Part shown: positions 61,401 through 64,000 of the stretch, in pieces
Layout of the letters: every line of letters begins with the position of its first letter
How positions within the stretch are numbered: the first letter of the stretch is position 1
DNA from: Macrostomum hystrix
Lineage: Eukaryota > Animalia > Platyhelminthes
DNA length: 64,000 bases
Assembly (NCBI GenBank): GCA_950097015.1
Contig: CATNEN010000007.1
Coordinates: forward strand, 12,400,001 to 12,464,000
Direction: 5' to 3'
Made by a program: the position numbers and the translations under genes
The notes under the pieces: generated by a model
The model's database searches: none
Seen by the model: only the letters and a program-made list of their open reading frames with translations
Told to the model about the DNA's origin: nothing

Positions 61401-62443
61401 CAAGGCTCAGCAGCAAGGTCTGGTGGCCGAGAATGGCAACACAAGCGGAGGAGTTCGTCAGTCGGTGCCGCAGCTGTGCCATCACGTCTCACACGCCAGC
61501 CGTCCGGGCTACGCCTCTACAGCCGACGCCTATCCCTAAGGGCGCCTGGTTGTCGATTGGGGCTGACTTTGTAGGCCCGATCAACAACAACATGCTGCTG
61601 GTGTGCGTGGACAGATACTCGAGATTCCCAGAGGTGCAGCTCATGCAGACAACGACGGCCGAGGCACTGGTCCCGCGCCTGCGAGAAATGTTCGCGCGAT
61701 TTGGCATCCCGCAGGAGCTCGTAACTGACAACGGGCCGCCATTTTCATCCAAGGAGTTTGGCCGTTTCCTAGAAAGCTACGGCATCAAGCACCGCCTCAT
61801 CACGCCTTACTACCCAGCCGCCAACGGCATGACAGAGCGGCTGAACCGCTCAATCAACAAGGTCGTGCGGGCGGCAATCGAGGAGCGGCGCGACTGGAGG
61901 GCTGCTCTGGACGAGTGGCTGCTGGCCTACAGGAACACGCCGCACACAGCCACGGGCCGCGCGCCAGCCGAGCTGCTGATGGGCCGGCGACCAAATGATG
62001 TCATCCCCGCCGCCCGGCCATCCCAGCGCGTCCGCATCAACGAGCAGCGGCTGCGAGAGATGGATGCGAGCGCCAAGGCCGCGATGAAGCAGCGAGCGGA
62101 CGCCAGGAGGCGGCCACGGCGGCACGAAATCCAGGTCGGCGATTCGGTGCTGCGACGGCGAGTCGGTGCCAGCAAGACGCAAACGCCATTCGAGAGCGGC
62201 GCCTGGACAGTCCAGCGGGTGGCCGGCAACTCGCTGATGCTGCGTCGTGACGGCGCGGCCTGCTGGCGGCATTGCACGGCGGTCAAGGTCGTCACCCCAG
62301 AATCAGACGACGCTGGTGCCAGGCCGCAGGCTGCCGCGCCAGAAACTCCAGGCGAGGCGGCGCGGAACCCGGCCGAATCCCCGGTGGCGCTGCGCCCGCA
62401 CCCCCGCGCTGCACGGGGTGGCGTGAAGATCTACAAGGACTAA
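58451..62443 (+). CDS. Gag-Pol polyprotein (Gag, two zinc knuckles, protease, RT, RNase H, integrase), 1330 aa
   Basis: CRKCGKPGHFARAC, LIDSGA, WIHDDVVVFG, VDAGPTGLGA, YSQTEKEAL, SDHKPL, HQGH..CRSC, ADFVGP, TDNGPPF, NGMTER. Confidence 0.97.
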   Translation: MTEQISLAPPGQFVIDSDCHSTAQRWTAWARRFATYINAAGIHDAKRGQHLLLYAAGEELQTIVEENEIDAGEDYSSLAKNIKEFWDGKNSIVFLRFKFETCRQQQGETIDQWYQRLRKAAEPCEFGAIKDSLIRDKIVAYCDSERLRRDFLQSKDITLTDVLRKARAKEAAEQQASAMESGRPGEPQQQLAAIRRAEQPPGPQVRCNRCGRPGHSTCAAAQGKSCRKCGKPGHFARACRSRQEAPQSNSNAVAMLQVETSYEKVDDPDTGIFKVDQEQQSAHTVAEINGTRLSVLIDSGAARNVINRATFESLKQRPRLQAASDRLFAYGSDRPMQLIGKAAMSIRLFGRRAVATFHVVDGRGITIIGRQTATQMEILRIGPPPTVDHQVLQVAEAEAAVDSLLGNTRSSGMPQDALESIGRILRKYSSVLSGIGCFTGPPVSIHLTDNARPVCHAPSKVPIHLAEAVDKELQLLEQLGIIEPVDGPVPWVARMVVVPKKEPGEVRITQDLRDVNRYVIRERHQIPTFEEVTGDMAGSTVFSELDIAKAFYQVPVAEECRNLLTFSTPRGLRRLTRLCMGLSTSQEILQSVMCRVLAGLPNVKWIHDDVVVFGRTMAEHNSSLETCLARLAQHGITLNARKCRLARSSIEFMGMRLTAEGVQATESKVAAVQEFKEPETISQLRSFLGLVNYLAVFTPQLAKVAEPLRRLTRKNTDWQWGADQASAFAQLKRSIAEPTTLAFYDKRLRTQLIVDAGPTGLGAILAQVQHDGSSRPVAYASRTLSDVERRYSQTEKEALAVKFGCLKFEYYLYGSPEFTVISDHKPLTAMYAPGSRPPPRVERMALRIQHLVFKVEYQPGASNAADILSRQPLSAEGRRTSEQLREAYINEVAQAAVPKALTLEDIRKSSASDPVIRAAIAAMQGGQWDRSSAEMRSLHALREELSAVDGVLLRHQRIVVPAALRQQMLELAHQGHQCSQKTTARLSSKVWWPRMATQAEEFVSRCRSCAITSHTPAVRATPLQPTPIPKGAWLSIGADFVGPINNNMLLVCVDRYSRFPEVQLMQTTTAEALVPRLREMFARFGIPQELVTDNGPPFSSKEFGRFLESYGIKHRLITPYYPAANGMTERLNRSINKVVRAAIEERRDWRAALDEWLLAYRNTPHTATGRAPAELLMGRRPNDVIPAARPSQRVRINEQRLREMDASAKAAMKQRADARRRPRRHEIQVGDSVLRRRVGASKTQTPFESGAWTVQRVAGNSLMLRRDGAACWRHCTAVKVVTPESDDAGARPQAAAPETPGEAARNPAESPVALRPHPRAARGGVKIYKD

Positions 62444-62647
62444 ACCAAGGACTGAAAACGAACTGACTTTTCTACTGACATTAACAATCACAAGCACGCT
62501 TTTCTTTGCAAGTCCGATGCGACAATCAATTCAAGTGTTTTATTTCCTCCAATAGCTGCATATTTTTTTCGGTCGAGTTCTTTTTCGTTCTTTTCGACAT
62601 CTTGCTTCTCGAATTCGTTCTTTTTTGTCTCCCCACAGTTTCTGTTC

Positions 62648-62660
62648 GAAGGGGGAGAGA
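62648..62660 (+). other. Polypurine tract
   Basis: GAAGGGGGAGAGA immediately 5' of the 3' LTR. Confidence 0.9.
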
Positions 62661-62845
62661 TGTAGTGTGCGTACGCACGTGAGCCAGGCCCAGGTGTACA
62701 CCTGGGTCGTTTGATTGGTTGCGGAGCGGGGTGGGTGTCGCCACCCCAGTTCTAGCAAATAATATATGGACGCGCGCTCAGCGTGGCAGTAAAGATTGAG
62801 AGTTTTGTCTGCTCACTAAAAATAGCCTCGGCCTTAGTTATTACA
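62661..62845 (+). repeat. 3' LTR
   Basis: TG...CA termini, followed by TSD CTACT. Confidence 0.95.
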
Positions 62846-64000
62846 CTACTTAATTAGAAACAAGTAGTACTTCTGACTCAACTAGCTAAAACAGTTTCAA
62901 TATACTCTGTTTACTAAATGCATGGAAAACTAAAAACACAAGGACTCAAGTTGAGAGGCCAGTTTGCTTGCTCACACTGATCAACTTGTATCCATTTGAT
63001 TCTCATACCTTAATATACTCAGAGTAGTGGGGCATAATCGGTTTCAGATTGGGGTTTAAAATTACTCTTTAGGGATGAAAACAAAAGTAGTATACCTCAG
63101 ATATTCCTATCTAAAATTGAGTGTTTTGTGAAAGTTAAAAGCAATTGTTGCATATGTGTCTGAATAGCTATAGGGAAATGAAACACATCTTAACTTTAAG
63201 CTGTCCATTTCATTTTATTTAGTGAATCTTACAAAATTTATTGCACAGAAGTATGAAAGTGTTTTACTATCCTCAGCAACTAATATCATTAAATGTATTT
63301 TCCACTTGTACATTTTTGCCCAGTTTTCCAATGCACCTAACAAAATGGATTAGCTAGTTTTACTTCATCAATAGTATTGTTGATGCCAAGTCATGTCTAG
63401 AAGCCCATTGTTAACAGAGGCAATCAGCTAAAAATTATATTTGACGACTAAATCTGACACTTAATAAGACTAAAGGTACTAAGACAATGAAAAAGTTGCT
63501 AAACTTTTTTTCCTAAAGCAATCAAAAAAAGAAAAACATTGCTAATAAAAGTGAAACATACATATAATAACTAGTTTTTGTGAAATATTTATCTGAAGAC
63601 TTCTAATCCTACCCGAATCCTTACTGTACATAATTAGCACAAGTCAATTTTTATATACCATGTCATAATAATAAAAAACTAAGTTTCTTTTAAAAGGGCC
63701 AAATGATTCTTCAATGACAGAATTTTTAGAATTAAAACATGTGATCCTCAAACAGGAGAGTTAACTGCTAGTATTGCAAAATGAAGATATCTACTTGTTT
63801 GCTTGTCAATATGATCACAAAACATAGAAAATACTTAGAACTTAAATAATCTAACCTACTTTTTTCCCTAATCACTTAATTTATATTTGAAATTTTAGAA
63901 CAGTTTCATGAATTATAGGAAAATATTTTATATTAATTTATTTAAATAAAAAGTAAATAGTTGTAAATAATTTTATGTAATGCTATTTTGAATTTGTGCA

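Larger units (their letters stand above)
58233..62845 (+). mobile_element. Full-length Ty3/Gypsy (Mag-like) LTR retrotransposon
   Basis: Two 185-bp LTRs differing at one base, CTACT TSD (58228-58232 and 62846-62850), PBS, PPT, intact single gag-pol ORF. Confidence 0.97.

Overview
Eukaryotic (animal) genomic DNA. GC-rich exons with GT-AG introns, a different minisatellite in almost every intron or spacer, and the gene content suggest a free-living flatworm such as Macrostomum lignano (inferred, not proven). Contents in order: the 3' part of an 8-exon FN3-repeat plus thioredoxin-fold gene (1-8551,+); an intronless Shaker/Kv1 channel with a shortened S4 (15536-17059,-); about 25 unrelated tandem arrays including 1.75 kb of (TCTA)n; two copies of a tRNA-headed SINE; a decayed Ty3/Gypsy pol fragment; two MS4A/CD20-like paralogues; and an intact, very young Ty3/Gypsy LTR retrotransposon (58233-62845, 185-bp LTRs, CTACT TSD). 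The most interesting signal is a run of six co-oriented, functionally unrelated minus-strand genes with intronless CDSs: MyTH4-FERM, TMEM101, NDUFA1, KIAA1328/hinderin, a C2H2 zinc finger and HDHD3 (43145-56535). Each is preceded by a 3' splice acceptor, as expected for an SL trans-spliced operon. The last gene, HDHD3, has no ATG of its own before its catalytic motif and would be completed in frame by the terminal AUG of a flatworm spliced leader.
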